64,000 nt of DNA from a virus (IMGVR_UViG_3300017700_000931:160001-224000), one strand, 5' to 3'. Positions 37,912-48,115 are shown, counted from the first letter of the stretch. Made by a program: numbers and translations. Notes: a model not told the origin generated them from the letters alone.

Positions 37912-38912
37912 TACTATTAACATACGGAACTAGACCGGAGTACATTAAAATTAAACCATTAATCGATGAAATGTCATTGAGAAATATGAAATTTAAAACA
38001 TTATTCACTGGACAACATAAAGATATTGTGAATAAAAACGCTGACTTCAATTTAAATGTTATTGATTACGATGGTAATAGATTAGATTCAATATTAAAAA
38101 ATTGCTTGAGTATTCCAGAAGATTGGTTTAATGGTATCACTTATATTCTGGTTCAAGGTGACACAACATCTGTGGTTGGTTTGTCACTGGCTGCATTACA
38201 TAGAAAGATAAAAATAATTCATTTAGAAGCTGGTTTGAGGTCCGGTGATGTTGAGAACCCATTTCCAGAAGAAAATAATCGTAAAATAGTTTCTAGTATC
38301 GCATCCATCCACCTGTGCCCAACTGAAAATAATTTAACTAACTTAACACTTGAAAATATTTTTGATGGTGTCCATGTGGTTGGTAATACAGTGTTGGACA
38401 ATTTAAAAGATTATAAAAAATATTGTGAATATACAAATAGTGTTTTAATCACTATGCACCGAAGGGAGAATCATGAATTGATGGGTCAATGGTTTGAAAA
38501 AATCAATGACTTAGCAATTAAATACCCGGACTTAGAATTCATTTTACCAATTCATCCAAATCCAAACGTAAATAAACACAAAGATAGACTGACAAACGTT
38601 AATGTTATAGAACCATTATCACATGAAACCTTGATTAATTCATTAATTAAAAGTAAATTGGTAATTACTGATAGCGGTGGTATTCAAGAAGAGTGTTCTT
38701 TCTTTAATAAAAAAGCACTGGTTTGTAGGAAAGTTACTGAAAGACCAGAGTCGGTTGGGTTGAGTAGTTTCTTGGTTGATACTCCAGATAATTTAATTAG
38801 TATTTTTGACCAACACATAAATGATTATGCAATAGATATTGTATCACCATACGGTGATGGTATGGCAGCTAATCACATTTGCAATATTTTTGAAACATAT
38901 GGAATTTATTAA
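37908..38912 (+). CDS. wecB: UDP-N-acetylglucosamine 2-epimerase (non-hydrolysing type)
   Basis: GTRPE.IK, TGQH, VQGDT, HLEAGLRS, HRREN, TDSGGIQEE, R..TERPE, PYGDG. Confidence 0.93.
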   Translation: MILLTYGTRPEYIKIKPLIDEMSLRNMKFKTLFTGQHKDIVNKNADFNLNVIDYDGNRLDSILKNCLSIPEDWFNGITYILVQGDTTSVVGLSLAALHRKIKIIHLEAGLRSGDVENPFPEENNRKIVSSIASIHLCPTENNLTNLTLENIFDGVHVVGNTVLDNLKDYKKYCEYTNSVLITMHRRENHELMGQWFEKINDLAIKYPDLEFILPIHPNPNVNKHKDRLTNVNVIEPLSHETLINSLIKSKLVITDSGGIQEECSFFNKKALVCRKVTERPESVGLSSFLVDTPDNLISIFDQHINDYAIDIVSPYGDGMAANHICNIFETYGIY

Positions 38913-39750
38913 TTGGGTTAAAAGAAAGATGGCACAATTCGCATTGGCCACGGCCACTGTTGAAAAACAATCATTCACTCAGAACAAAGAAGATTCATTA
39001 CCATCTATCGGTCAAATCCAGAGCCATAAACAAGGTATGTTATCCGATGCGCTTATGCGTGGTGAATTGACCCAAGAAGTCAAAGACTTGAGATGGAGAA
39101 CTTATAAGATTATGAATGCTAGTTCTAATCTTAAACTAGTCTTTGATGGTTATGATGAAAATGGAGAAATGATAAACCCAAGAGCTCAGCGTAAATCTAT
39201 TAATCTAAATGAGGTTAATTTAGATACCCACGATAACTATGAACCACTTTTGGTATTATATAATCAAGAAAGCACTGTTAGTATTGTTGAAGCGGTAGAT
39301 ACCCCTGAATTTATTAAACCCGAAAAACCATTAAATGTTATTAGAGACATAAGGCCAAGATTAGAAATAGAAGAATACACAAAAAAAATGGCTGTCAGAA
39401 AAATTGATGATAATAATGTTCTTTTAGAATTTTATATTTCAAAATATCCAGACGTAGAAAATAAAAAAAGTGTATTTTTGTTAAGTGAATTGAAAAAATC
39501 GGTAGCTAATCCTAAAAGCAGTGATTTATTAGATATTAAAGGGGTGAGTTTCACTAGTTTAAATACTATTGGTGTTGACGATTATGGATTATATCATTAT
39601 GATATAACTGGCTTTGACAAAATTGTTGAACATAAACAATATTATGTAGTCAAATTTAAGGCTAGTGTAGTTATTGGTGGTGAAAATATTTTTGATAAAT
39701 TCAGAGAAACCGATTTGGATGAAAAATATAAAAATAAGGAGAGAAAATAA
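38899..39750 (+). CDS. Hypothetical protein
   Basis: ORF; start moved to MEFIN. Confidence 0.6.
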   Translation: MEFINWVKRKMAQFALATATVEKQSFTQNKEDSLPSIGQIQSHKQGMLSDALMRGELTQEVKDLRWRTYKIMNASSNLKLVFDGYDENGEMINPRAQRKSINLNEVNLDTHDNYEPLLVLYNQESTVSIVEAVDTPEFIKPEKPLNVIRDIRPRLEIEEYTKKMAVRKIDDNNVLLEFYISKYPDVENKKSVFLLSELKKSVANPKSSDLLDIKGVSFTSLNTIGVDDYGLYHYDITGFDKIVEHKQYYVVKFKASVVIGGENIFDKFRETDLDEKYKNKERK

Positions 39751-40118
39751 TGGGAAAGATTAAACAAGTATTGATAGTTAGAAAAGATTTGAACATGAGA
39801 CGTGGTAAAGAAGATGCCCAATGTTCTCATGCATCACAAGCATTTATGGTTCCAGTATATTTAAATGGTGGAAAACCTACTAAGGATGCCGTAGAGTGGT
39901 TTAATTCTGGCCAAACAAAAATAACTGTTTCGGTAGATTCAGAAGAAAAATTATTGGATATTTTTAAACAAGCCAAATCCATGGGTCTTGAGACTCATAT
40001 AATTACGGATGCCGGACATACAGAATTCAATGGAGTACCAACCAAAACAGTCGTAGCGATAGGGCCAAATGATGCCTCAAAAATTGACACCATAACTGGT
40101 GGTTTACCACTTAGGTAA
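39750..40118 (+). CDS. Peptidyl-tRNA hydrolase, PTH2 type
   Basis: KQVL.VR.DL.M..GK..AQC.HA, DAG.TE, T.VAIGP. Confidence 0.85.
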   Translation: MGKIKQVLIVRKDLNMRRGKEDAQCSHASQAFMVPVYLNGGKPTKDAVEWFNSGQTKITVSVDSEEKLLDIFKQAKSMGLETHIITDAGHTEFNGVPTKTVVAIGPNDASKIDTITGGLPLR

Positions 40119-40120
40119 GA

Positions 40121-40127
40121 TATTTAT
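40121..40127 (+). promoter_or_regulatory. Putative late promoter TATTTAT
   Basis: 14 nt upstream of ATG 40142. Confidence 0.5.
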
Positions 40128-40141
40128 ATGTAAAAACATAT

Positions 40142-40975
40142 ATGGCTAAAAGGCAAGAAAGACAAGTAATAAAAAAACCAGAAACTAATACAGTTGAAAA
40201 TATATTACCAGTCAAATATCGGTTAAAATGTAAAAATCATAACCAAAAAGATTTCGCCAATCTAATTGCAGAAAAAGAAATAGTCATTGCTTCCGGCCCA
40301 GCTGGTGTCGGTAAATCTTATGTAGCTGTGGCTGTCGCCATAGAACTATTGCAAGACAAAACAAATTCATATAAAAAAATTCTAATATCAACTCCGGCAG
40401 AAGAGGCTGGGGAAAGTCTTGGTTACCTTCCGGGTAACCTACGTGAAAAAATGGAACCATATTTGGCATCCACTTTAAGTATTTTTGACAAAATCATTGG
40501 AAAAAATAAAAGATTATTATTAGAAGAATCAGAAATCATTCAAATCCAACCATTAGGTTTTATTAGGGGTGAATCTATCGATAATACCATATTTTTGATG
40601 GAGGAAGCTCAAAATATGACCCCTGCCCAAATGAAAACTCTACTTACTAGGATTGGGGAGAATTCTAAATTTATAATCTCTGGGGACCTTGACCAATCAG
40701 ATAGATTTAAACGAATTGAACAAACCGGATTATACGATGCGCTTAACCGACATAAAAATGTTGAGGCAATCGGTTTCATAGAATTTAGCACAAAAGATAT
40801 TGTAAGGAATCCATTAATTTCAAAAATCCTTGACAATTACAAAAACGATGATACAATTGGTAAAGTAAATGTTACCAAAGATTTTTCGAAAGCTAAATCA
40901 ATAGTGAAAGAAGAGCCAAAATCTAATACTTTTAATAAGGTTAAAACTTGGTTTGTAAAAAACTTTAAATGGTAG
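40142..40975 (+). CDS. phoH: PhoH-family ATPase
   Basis: GPAGVGKS, LGYLPG.L.EK..PY, RGESI, EEAQN, LLTRIGENSK..I.GD..QSD. Confidence 0.93.
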   Translation: MAKRQERQVIKKPETNTVENILPVKYRLKCKNHNQKDFANLIAEKEIVIASGPAGVGKSYVAVAVAIELLQDKTNSYKKILISTPAEEAGESLGYLPGNLREKMEPYLASTLSIFDKIIGKNKRLLLEESEIIQIQPLGFIRGESIDNTIFLMEEAQNMTPAQMKTLLTRIGENSKFIISGDLDQSDRFKRIEQTGLYDALNRHKNVEAIGFIEFSTKDIVRNPLISKILDNYKNDDTIGKVNVTKDFSKAKSIVKEEPKSNTFNKVKTWFVKNFKW

Positions 40976-41012
40976 CATTTACTTTAAACACGTTTTAAAG
41001 TAAATATGCACT

Positions 41013-41618
41013 ATGAAGATTGGAATTACATTAAATGAAGTCTTAAGAGACTTCATTGGTCAATTATCGTACACTTACGATAAATACATTGAGGTTACTG
41101 GTATTAAAGAAGATGATGTCAAAACTTTTGATTTGATTAAATATTTTCCATTTGATACCACAGATGACTTAAATAATTTTCTTTATTCAGAATCCGCTTT
41201 AGAAATATTTGGTCATGCTGACCAAATGCATGAAAACACCATGAGTATTTTTAATGCATTTTTAATGGATATTGAGGACGAAGAAGAACACGAAATTATT
41301 CTAACTAGTCGTGAAGCCATCAAAAGTATCCCAGCAACAAATTTCTTTTTATCAAAATTAGGTTGTAGAGCGAAACACTGTAAGTGGGTTTCTAATTACG
41401 AGGATAAGTGGGAGTTGGTTGATGTATTAATCACTGCTAATCCAAAGGCTTTAGAATCAAAACCAGTCGGTAAAATTTCAGTAAAAGTTAATGCTTCTTA
41501 CAATAAAGAAGTTAAAGCTGATTATGAAATTGATAGTATTATGGATTTCATAAAAAACGAAGATTTAAGAAATAAAATTTTGAATACTAAAATAACAAAT
41601 TACGAAGAAATTAAATAA
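41013..41618 (+). CDS. 5'(3')-nucleotidase-like HAD-fold protein with degenerate motif I
   Basis: MKIGITLNEVLRDF aligns to MxIxxDxDxVLxDF; later ILTSR and DVLI. Confidence 0.5.
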   Translation: MKIGITLNEVLRDFIGQLSYTYDKYIEVTGIKEDDVKTFDLIKYFPFDTTDDLNNFLYSESALEIFGHADQMHENTMSIFNAFLMDIEDEEEHEIILTSREAIKSIPATNFFLSKLGCRAKHCKWVSNYEDKWELVDVLITANPKALESKPVGKISVKVNASYNKEVKADYEIDSIMDFIKNEDLRNKILNTKITNYEEIK

Positions 41619-41619
41619 T

Positions 41620-41976
41620 ATGATTAAAATTGGAGGAGTGTCTTTCTACATAAATTTTGAAGGATTAGATGCATTAATATCATCAGATAAAAGTTTAGAA
41701 GCACAAGAAGTGTCTGAAACATCAACCAAAGAGTTGTTCGATGAATCAGGAAAGACTGTAAACAAAGAAATTACAGTACGAAAGTATCCTAAAGGTAAAG
41801 AAATTGATGGGGCTAGGTATGATTGTTTAGGTTCTTTATTAGAAATTATTCTAAATGGAGAAGCAGAAATTGATGATAGCCTTGGTATTGATAGAGCATT
41901 AAATGCGATGCCTTTAAACTGGAAAATCGCTTTCAACACATTAACAAAATACGAGATATTAAAATCCGTAAAATAA
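41620..41976 (+). CDS. Hypothetical protein
   Basis: 118-aa ORF within the operon. Confidence 0.55.
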   Translation: MIKIGGVSFYINFEGLDALISSDKSLEAQEVSETSTKELFDESGKTVNKEITVRKYPKGKEIDGARYDCLGSLLEIILNGEAEIDDSLGIDRALNAMPLNWKIAFNTLTKYEILKSVK

Positions 41977-41995
41977 TAAAATAAATAGTTTCAAA

Positions 41996-43093
41996 ATGGA
42001 AGAAAAAACAAAACAAATTACAGATGCAATTGAACGTTTAGACAATAAAAAATTTGGTCTATATTTCTTTGCACTAGACACTAAAGGCAACCCAACCGCA
42101 GGTATTGCCAATATTTACGAACATGTTAAGGTTCTTAATGAATTAGGTTTCATGGCAACAATTTTACATGAGAAAAATGACTACCATGGTGTTCAAGATT
42201 GGTTAGGTGAGGAATACGCTAAGTTACCACACATTTCTATCGAATCACAAAACCTAAATATCACTGGGACTGATTTCATTATCGTACCAGAAATATTTGC
42301 TAATGTGATGGACCAAATAAAAGGATTCCCGTGTAAGAAGATTGTATTTTCACAATCATATTTCTATGCATTAGAATTATTACCAATCGGAAAAAGATGG
42401 GGTGATTATGGCTTCTCAGATGTAATTACAACTTCTCAAAAACAAGCAACATATTTGAGTCATTTATTCCCTCAAATTAATACACACATTATACCAGTTG
42501 GTATTCCTAGCTATTTTAAGCCAACCAAACAAAAAAAACAACCAGTTGTTACAATTGTTTCCAGAGACCAATCTGATGCGCTTAAAATCGTTAAATCATT
42601 TTACCTTCAATTCCCAACATACAAATGGGTTACTTTTAAAGACCTTAGAGGTCTTCCAAGAAAAACATTTGCTGAAGAATTAGGTAAAGCATGTTTGGCC
42701 ATTTGGGTTGATGATGTATCCGGTTTCGGAACATTCCCAATTGAAGCTATTGAGTGTGATACTCCAGTGATTGGTAAAATACCAACGCTTGTACCAGAAT
42801 GGATGGAAGAACCTAATGATAAAATTGGTGAAATAACTATTACCAACAATGGTGTTTGGACAAACAACTTCCTTAATATTCCAGAATTAATTGCCACCTA
42901 TATGAAGGTATGGTTAGAGGATTCAGTTCCAACTGACTTACTTGATGGGATGGCTAAAACTAAGGGTAGATATTCTGAAGAAAATCAAAAAATTAAAATC
43001 GAAGAAGTGTATACCACTTTAGTGGCAAATAGAAGAGCTGAATTCGAAAAAATGTTAGAATCACAAAAAGAAAAAACTGATAGCAATGAGTAA
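41996..43093 (+). CDS. GT-B (GT4-like) glycosyltransferase
   Basis: GIANIYEH...L.ELG, IVPE, GFGTFPIEAIEC..PVIG donor-binding motif. Confidence 0.7.
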   Translation: MEEKTKQITDAIERLDNKKFGLYFFALDTKGNPTAGIANIYEHVKVLNELGFMATILHEKNDYHGVQDWLGEEYAKLPHISIESQNLNITGTDFIIVPEIFANVMDQIKGFPCKKIVFSQSYFYALELLPIGKRWGDYGFSDVITTSQKQATYLSHLFPQINTHIIPVGIPSYFKPTKQKKQPVVTIVSRDQSDALKIVKSFYLQFPTYKWVTFKDLRGLPRKTFAEELGKACLAIWVDDVSGFGTFPIEAIECDTPVIGKIPTLVPEWMEEPNDKIGEITITNNGVWTNNFLNIPELIATYMKVWLEDSVPTDLLDGMAKTKGRYSEENQKIKIEEVYTTLVANRRAEFEKMLESQKEKTDSNE

Positions 43094-43880
43094 TAAGAAA
43101 ACCGATATAACAGTAATTATTCCTGTTCATGAAATAACTGAGGTAACTGAGAAGTTATTCTCTAATGCGATTAAAAGCGTTGCTGACCAATTTGTTAGAC
43201 CTGACGCAGTAATTATCGTAGCTCCAACTAATTTAATTGAATTTATGTCAACATTTAATTTTGGTGAGATTAAAGATATTGTAACCATTGTTGAAAACAA
43301 AGGTCTTACTGATTTTGCATCTCAAATTAATCTAGGTGTTTCTGAAGTTAAAACAACATGGTTTAGCTTACTAGAATATGATGATGAATTCTCTAAGATT
43401 TGGATTAAAAATGCTGATGAATATAAAGACATTTATACTGATGTTAATATGTTTTTACCAATCATTGTTGATGTTGACGATAAAGGTGGTTTCTTGGGAT
43501 TAACAAATGAGGCGGTTTGGGCTGCGGAATTCTCTGATGAAATGGGTATTTTAGATAACTCAGCACTTTTAGCTTATCAAAACTTCAATTTTGATGGTAT
43601 GGTTATGAAAAAAGAAACCTATGAAGAGATGGGTGGAATCAAAGCTAGTATGAAACTTACATTCATTTATGAATTCTTATTGAGATTAACATACTTCTCA
43701 ACTAGGATTATGATTATCCCTAGATTCGGTTACAAACATGTTAATCAAAGAAACGGGTCTTTATTTAAAAATTATAGAACTGAATTAACGCCGGACGAAG
43801 CTAGATGGTGGATGTCGTTAGCTAAAAAAGAATATTTTCATCAAGACGATAGGAAAATAACATACGATAAAGCACAATAA
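43086..43880 (+). CDS. GT2-family glycosyltransferase
   Basis: ITVIIPVH, IKSV..Q, IN.GV..V.T.W...LEYDD. Confidence 0.75.
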   Translation: MSNKKTDITVIIPVHEITEVTEKLFSNAIKSVADQFVRPDAVIIVAPTNLIEFMSTFNFGEIKDIVTIVENKGLTDFASQINLGVSEVKTTWFSLLEYDDEFSKIWIKNADEYKDIYTDVNMFLPIIVDVDDKGGFLGLTNEAVWAAEFSDEMGILDNSALLAYQNFNFDGMVMKKETYEEMGGIKASMKLTFIYEFLLRLTYFSTRIMIIPRFGYKHVNQRNGSLFKNYRTELTPDEARWWMSLAKKEYFHQDDRKITYDKAQ

Positions 43881-43881
43881 A

Positions 43882-44622
43882 ATGGCTAGCAAAAGAGGAC
43901 GTAAAAGGAAAAACGATTTGTACTTTGGTCCAGATGAAGAGAAAGCCGTTGTTGAGTTTTTAGCATGTGATGATTCGATTGAAAGAAATAAAATTTATAA
44001 TGAATGGTTGAGAGCACCATTCGATAAAATGATAGAATCAATTATTAGAAGATACAAACTTTATAGAAAAGCATATTCATTTGAAGACCTACACAGTGAT
44101 ACACTTTCATTTTTAATAACCAAGGCTGATAAATTTGACCATACTCAGAATAACAGAGCTTATTCTTATTATGGTACTATCTGTAAAAACTATATTCTAA
44201 TGTTATTGATTAAAGATGACAAAGGAATAAAAACCAATGCTTCATTTGAGGATACCTTTGAAAGTATCCAACATCGAGAGGACTTAACATATTATTTGAC
44301 TGATACTGATTATGGGTTAACTGAATTCATACAAACAATTTCAGAAGAAATTAAAAGTGAGTTGGCTTGTATTGATGAACCCAAAAAGAAAATCACTGAA
44401 AACGAAAGGAAAGTCGGTGAGGCATTGATTGAAATTCTAGAAAATTATTCTGGGATATTTGAAAATATGGAAGGTGGGTCAAAATACAATAAAAATATTG
44501 TATTAGCCACTATCAGGGATTATACGAATCTAAGTACAAAGGATATTAGAGTAGCCATGCGTAGGTTCAAAAAACTTTATTATCTTATTAAAGATGATAA
44601 AACGGATGAGGGTTATTTGTAA
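43882..44622 (+). CDS. Phage RNA polymerase sigma factor (T4 gp55-like)
   Basis: EDL.SD...FL..K..KFD....RAYSYYGTICKN resembles sigma region 2 as in gp55 (NFDP...NPFAYFT.I). Confidence 0.6.
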   Translation: MASKRGRKRKNDLYFGPDEEKAVVEFLACDDSIERNKIYNEWLRAPFDKMIESIIRRYKLYRKAYSFEDLHSDTLSFLITKADKFDHTQNNRAYSYYGTICKNYILMLLIKDDKGIKTNASFEDTFESIQHREDLTYYLTDTDYGLTEFIQTISEEIKSELACIDEPKKKITENERKVGEALIEILENYSGIFENMEGGSKYNKNIVLATIRDYTNLSTKDIRVAMRRFKKLYYLIKDDKTDEGYL

Positions 44623-44639
44623 AAAACCACATTATTAGG

Positions 44640-44646
44640 TATTTAT
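44640..44646 (+). promoter_or_regulatory. Putative late promoter TATTTAT
   Basis: 15 nt upstream of ATG 44662. Confidence 0.55.
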
Positions 44647-44661
44647 AATTAAACGTGAGCC

Positions 44662-45051
44662 ATGCCTAGAAAGAGAAAACAACACATTAAAGTAAATAAC
44701 ACTTCAAGCCTTGAAGGTTTAATGCAAGAAGTCTATAATGACGCTTGTACACAAATCAATGATGCCCAAAGAATAATTAATGAATTAAATAATTCAACAA
44801 CCGCTGAGGACGTTGATGATGCAACAAAAATAGCTAGAGAAAAATCAAATGCTCAGAAAATAAAAGATTCTGGAATCAAGATTAAACTAGAGGTAGCTAA
44901 ATTGCAATCAGATATCATCAAACACAATGGAAATCTAGAAGATGTTAATAAAGATAGAACAGCATCCGGTGCACCATCATTAGACGATTTCAAACAAATA
45001 AGAAACTACGTTAAAAATGGTGGAGATTTAGATAACGAAACAGAAGATTAA
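44662..45051 (+). CDS. Hypothetical coiled-coil protein
   Basis: First gene after a TATTTAT site. Confidence 0.55.
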   Translation: MPRKRKQHIKVNNTSSLEGLMQEVYNDACTQINDAQRIINELNNSTTAEDVDDATKIAREKSNAQKIKDSGIKIKLEVAKLQSDIIKHNGNLEDVNKDRTASGAPSLDDFKQIRNYVKNGGDLDNETED

Positions 45052-45062
45052 TATTTTATTGT

Positions 45063-46505
45063 ATGTCAATCATAGACAAAAAAAGAGAAATATATGGTCA
45101 AATTGCTGCGTTACGAACATCTTGTGAGGGGTTTCCTAAGTTCGAATTGAACTCATCAATGTGTTCCATTGATAACACAAGTAATAGTTTAGATTTTCTA
45201 ATCGATTTATTAAAGGTGACCGTTGGTTTCGAAACATTAAATGTAATTCTAACAAATACGCTTACTTTTAAATTAGATTCCATTGAAATTGAAATCAAAA
45301 AAGCACTAAAACGAGAATTAAAAAAATTGGTAAGCTGTGGTGTAAATCCATCAATACCAGACTTTTTTAAACATCAAAACGTATACCCATTATCGACTGG
45401 GGTTGATTTAGACTTAAGAAAAATTGATTACTTAGGGGTTATGCTAGTCGACCCAAACACATCCGGCGGTTTTCTAACTTATGAGGATACCTCTGGTGGA
45501 TTAACTAGTACTGATTTTCACACTTATTTATTTGAAACAATTCAATTAGATGGAACACAAACAGATTGGGGTTCCTCTACTATGAGTTCAGATATCCTAT
45601 CATTTGAATTTAATTCTGTTGGACCACCCAATAATTACTTAAATATTAAAGCAAGTGAATATTACAGCGACCCAATCAATGGTAAGAAGTTAACTGATTT
45701 GAATAATGATTTCATTGATAGCGTTAGTTTATTTGGTTCTGGAGTAATGATAAATGCATTAGTCGATAGTTTATTCGGTTCAGTTAGTCTTGAGGTTGGT
45801 AAAACAAAAGAACAAATCAAAAAAGAAATTGAAATTGAACAAATAATAGAATGCTTTTTAAATTCAGATGATAGTGAGATTATTGATGATTCATATTTCA
45901 CATTCTCAAATGAATCTATCAGAGCCCAAGAAGAAGAAGCTAGCAATAGAGAAAGGGGTATAAGGTCCCTTAAAACTTGTGGTAATGTTGCAACTAGTAT
46001 TGCCCCTCAAACACTAACGGGTATTACAAATAATATTATGACGGCAACCACAATGACAAGTGTTGCAGAAGCAATTGCTTCTGGTATGTCAGCAATTGCT
46101 GACGAGGCTTCATCAGCTGTTGGTGATGTTAATAAAATCACTGCCAAATTAGAATTTATTGATGGTGCAATAAAAAAATTGATGATTAAAATGGCTAATG
46201 TTATTTTATCACCAAAGATTATTACAATTTTTGCCATAAATCACCACATAATTTATGGTACTAATATTGAGAGTCCAATAGAATGGATGAAAAAAAATAA
46301 AATTTTAATGGCCTCAATCGTCAGAGCAATTAGAGAAACTATTATTAAGATTTTATTGGAAGAAGCGATTAAAAATATAAAGAATATTGTAAAATGTGCG
46401 GCCCAACAAGTTGCAATTGAATACGCAAAATCAAAGGTAGCTCAATTAGCTAGTCTTGCTGGTATCCCCCAACACGTTTTACGAATGATACAAGGTTTAG
46501 GATAA
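45063..46505 (+). CDS. Hypothetical, probably baseplate/tail-associated protein
   Basis: 480-aa ORF upstream of the spike gene; helical C-terminal half. Confidence 0.45.
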   Translation: MSIIDKKREIYGQIAALRTSCEGFPKFELNSSMCSIDNTSNSLDFLIDLLKVTVGFETLNVILTNTLTFKLDSIEIEIKKALKRELKKLVSCGVNPSIPDFFKHQNVYPLSTGVDLDLRKIDYLGVMLVDPNTSGGFLTYEDTSGGLTSTDFHTYLFETIQLDGTQTDWGSSTMSSDILSFEFNSVGPPNNYLNIKASEYYSDPINGKKLTDLNNDFIDSVSLFGSGVMINALVDSLFGSVSLEVGKTKEQIKKEIEIEQIIECFLNSDDSEIIDDSYFTFSNESIRAQEEEASNRERGIRSLKTCGNVATSIAPQTLTGITNNIMTATTMTSVAEAIASGMSAIADEASSAVGDVNKITAKLEFIDGAIKKLMIKMANVILSPKIITIFAINHHIIYGTNIESPIEWMKKNKILMASIVRAIRETIIKILLEEAIKNIKNIVKCAAQQVAIEYAKSKVAQLASLAGIPQHVLRMIQGLG

Positions 46506-46509
46506 AGTT

Positions 46510-46974
46510 ATGGCATGTGAAGATGGTGGAATTGGTTGTAAAGGAACCAAAAAAGGACAAAGTAATGGGTTTAATTTAAGCTCAATAACTAGTGTATTGA
46601 GTATACTAGCGGCAGCATTTAAATTGCAAAGTGCACCAGTTACCCCAATTCCACCTCCATTATTATTAATTGGAGCTAAATTGAGACCCGGACTATCTGC
46701 ACGTAATATTGCATCTAGAGTTATTTCGAGACAATCGGAAGCTGGTGCACCAGCTGGTGATATCTTCTCCGAAGATAATAATATTGCTGAGGCTATGGAA
46801 ACTATTAGAGCTCAAGAATACATCAATGCAATATTAACTGAAAGTAAAGTGGAAATCGCTTTGCCTCCGGGAGCGATTCAAACAATTTCAATAGGTGTTG
46901 GTAATTTAGGTGCACCAATCACATCGAATGGAACTAATATTAACATCGTTAGCGGTGATGGGATAATCAGATAA
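46510..46974 (+). CDS. Hypothetical structural protein
   Basis: ORF in the baseplate-proximal operon. Confidence 0.45.
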   Translation: MACEDGGIGCKGTKKGQSNGFNLSSITSVLSILAAAFKLQSAPVTPIPPPLLLIGAKLRPGLSARNIASRVISRQSEAGAPAGDIFSEDNNIAEAMETIRAQEYINAILTESKVEIALPPGAIQTISIGVGNLGAPITSNGTNINIVSGDGIIR

Positions 46975-46976
46975 GT

Positions 46977-47165
46977 ATGATAGATTTTAAAAATATGAGT
47001 AATAATCAAATTCTCACTGAGATTTATGCATTGAAATCAGAACATGAAGCTATTAAGATTAGAATGAATAAAGACTTGGATGAATTGGAGCGAGTTGAAA
47101 AGGAATTCAACGAAGCTAATAAAATATTAAGTGAAAGAATAAAGGGTCAAAGAAATGAGCAATAA
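46977..47165 (+). CDS. Small coiled-coil protein
   Basis: 62-aa heptad-like ORF overlapping the next start. Confidence 0.5.
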   Translation: MIDFKNMSNNQILTEIYALKSEHEAIKIRMNKDLDELERVEKEFNEANKILSERIKGQRNEQ

Positions 47166-48105
47166 ACACGCATTTGGTAATAGTAAGAATATGTTTAATA
47201 AGGGTGAGAACTCTGTTAACGTATTTTATTTTGCTAAGGTTGAAAGTAATCAAGATGATTACGATGGTGGAACAATTAGGGCTAGGATTAAAGGTATTGA
47301 TGACCATATTGCGGCCATTGATTTACCAACAGCATTCCCAATGGTTTCTAAGGTATTCCAAGTGGTTCCTAAAGCTGGTGAAACTGTATTGATTTTTGTT
47401 CCAAATGCATCCAATCCATTTATGGATAGAATCTATACTGGCCCATTAATTTCACAACCACAATTTTTAGAAAAAGATTTACATTTATATACTTCAAGGT
47501 CCATGATGGACAGTGGGATAACCGAACCAAAAGAAGCCCCTAGTCGAATACCAGAAAACAAAGGTGTTGAGCCATTTAAAGAAGATGTATCATTGCAGGG
47601 TAGAAAAAATACTGACATTACATTAAAACCAAATGAAATTTGGATAAGAGCTGGTAAATTCGTTACTACTGATACCAAAGATGAAACTAAAATTTTCAAT
47701 AAAGAAAATCCGGCGTACATACAACTTAAACATGATGTTGTTTTAAAGAAACCAACAACCGGAACCATGCAAAATGGTAAGCCAGAACTTGGTTCCGTAA
47801 CAAATATTGTTGCATCCAAAATTAATCTATTAACCCATAAAGATGGGCAACCACGATTTACATTAAACAATCAGGATTCGTTGATTAGCGAAGAACAAAT
47901 GTTGGAAATCTTATCCAAAGCCCATCCATTAGTGTTTGGTGATTTATTAGTGGAATATTTAAAATTACAAAGAAACGCATTTATAAATCACGTACATCCA
48001 TACCATGGTAAAAAGCCTCAAGACCTTTCTGGTTCAGAGGATATTGACAAATATTTAGAATTTGATTTGAATCGCTTATTATCCAAAAACATCCGTATTA
48101 ATTAG
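47155..48105 (+). CDS. Baseplate central spike (gp5/gpV-like)
   Basis: N-terminal OB-fold pattern (AKVES..D....IRARI...VPK.GE.V.I) and C-terminal HxH tip motif NHVHPYHG. Confidence 0.65.
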   Translation: MSNKHAFGNSKNMFNKGENSVNVFYFAKVESNQDDYDGGTIRARIKGIDDHIAAIDLPTAFPMVSKVFQVVPKAGETVLIFVPNASNPFMDRIYTGPLISQPQFLEKDLHLYTSRSMMDSGITEPKEAPSRIPENKGVEPFKEDVSLQGRKNTDITLKPNEIWIRAGKFVTTDTKDETKIFNKENPAYIQLKHDVVLKKPTTGTMQNGKPELGSVTNIVASKINLLTHKDGQPRFTLNNQDSLISEEQMLEILSKAHPLVFGDLLVEYLKLQRNAFINHVHPYHGKKPQDLSGSEDIDKYLEFDLNRLLSKNIRIN

Positions 48106-48115
48106 TATCAGTTGA

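Noticed and set aside
24454-43880. Glycosyltransferases as T4-style DNA glucosyltransferases
   Set aside because: No hydroxymethylase or other base-modifying gene is in the window, and the GT families and accessory sugar enzymes resemble glycan loci. Not excluded for the whole genome.
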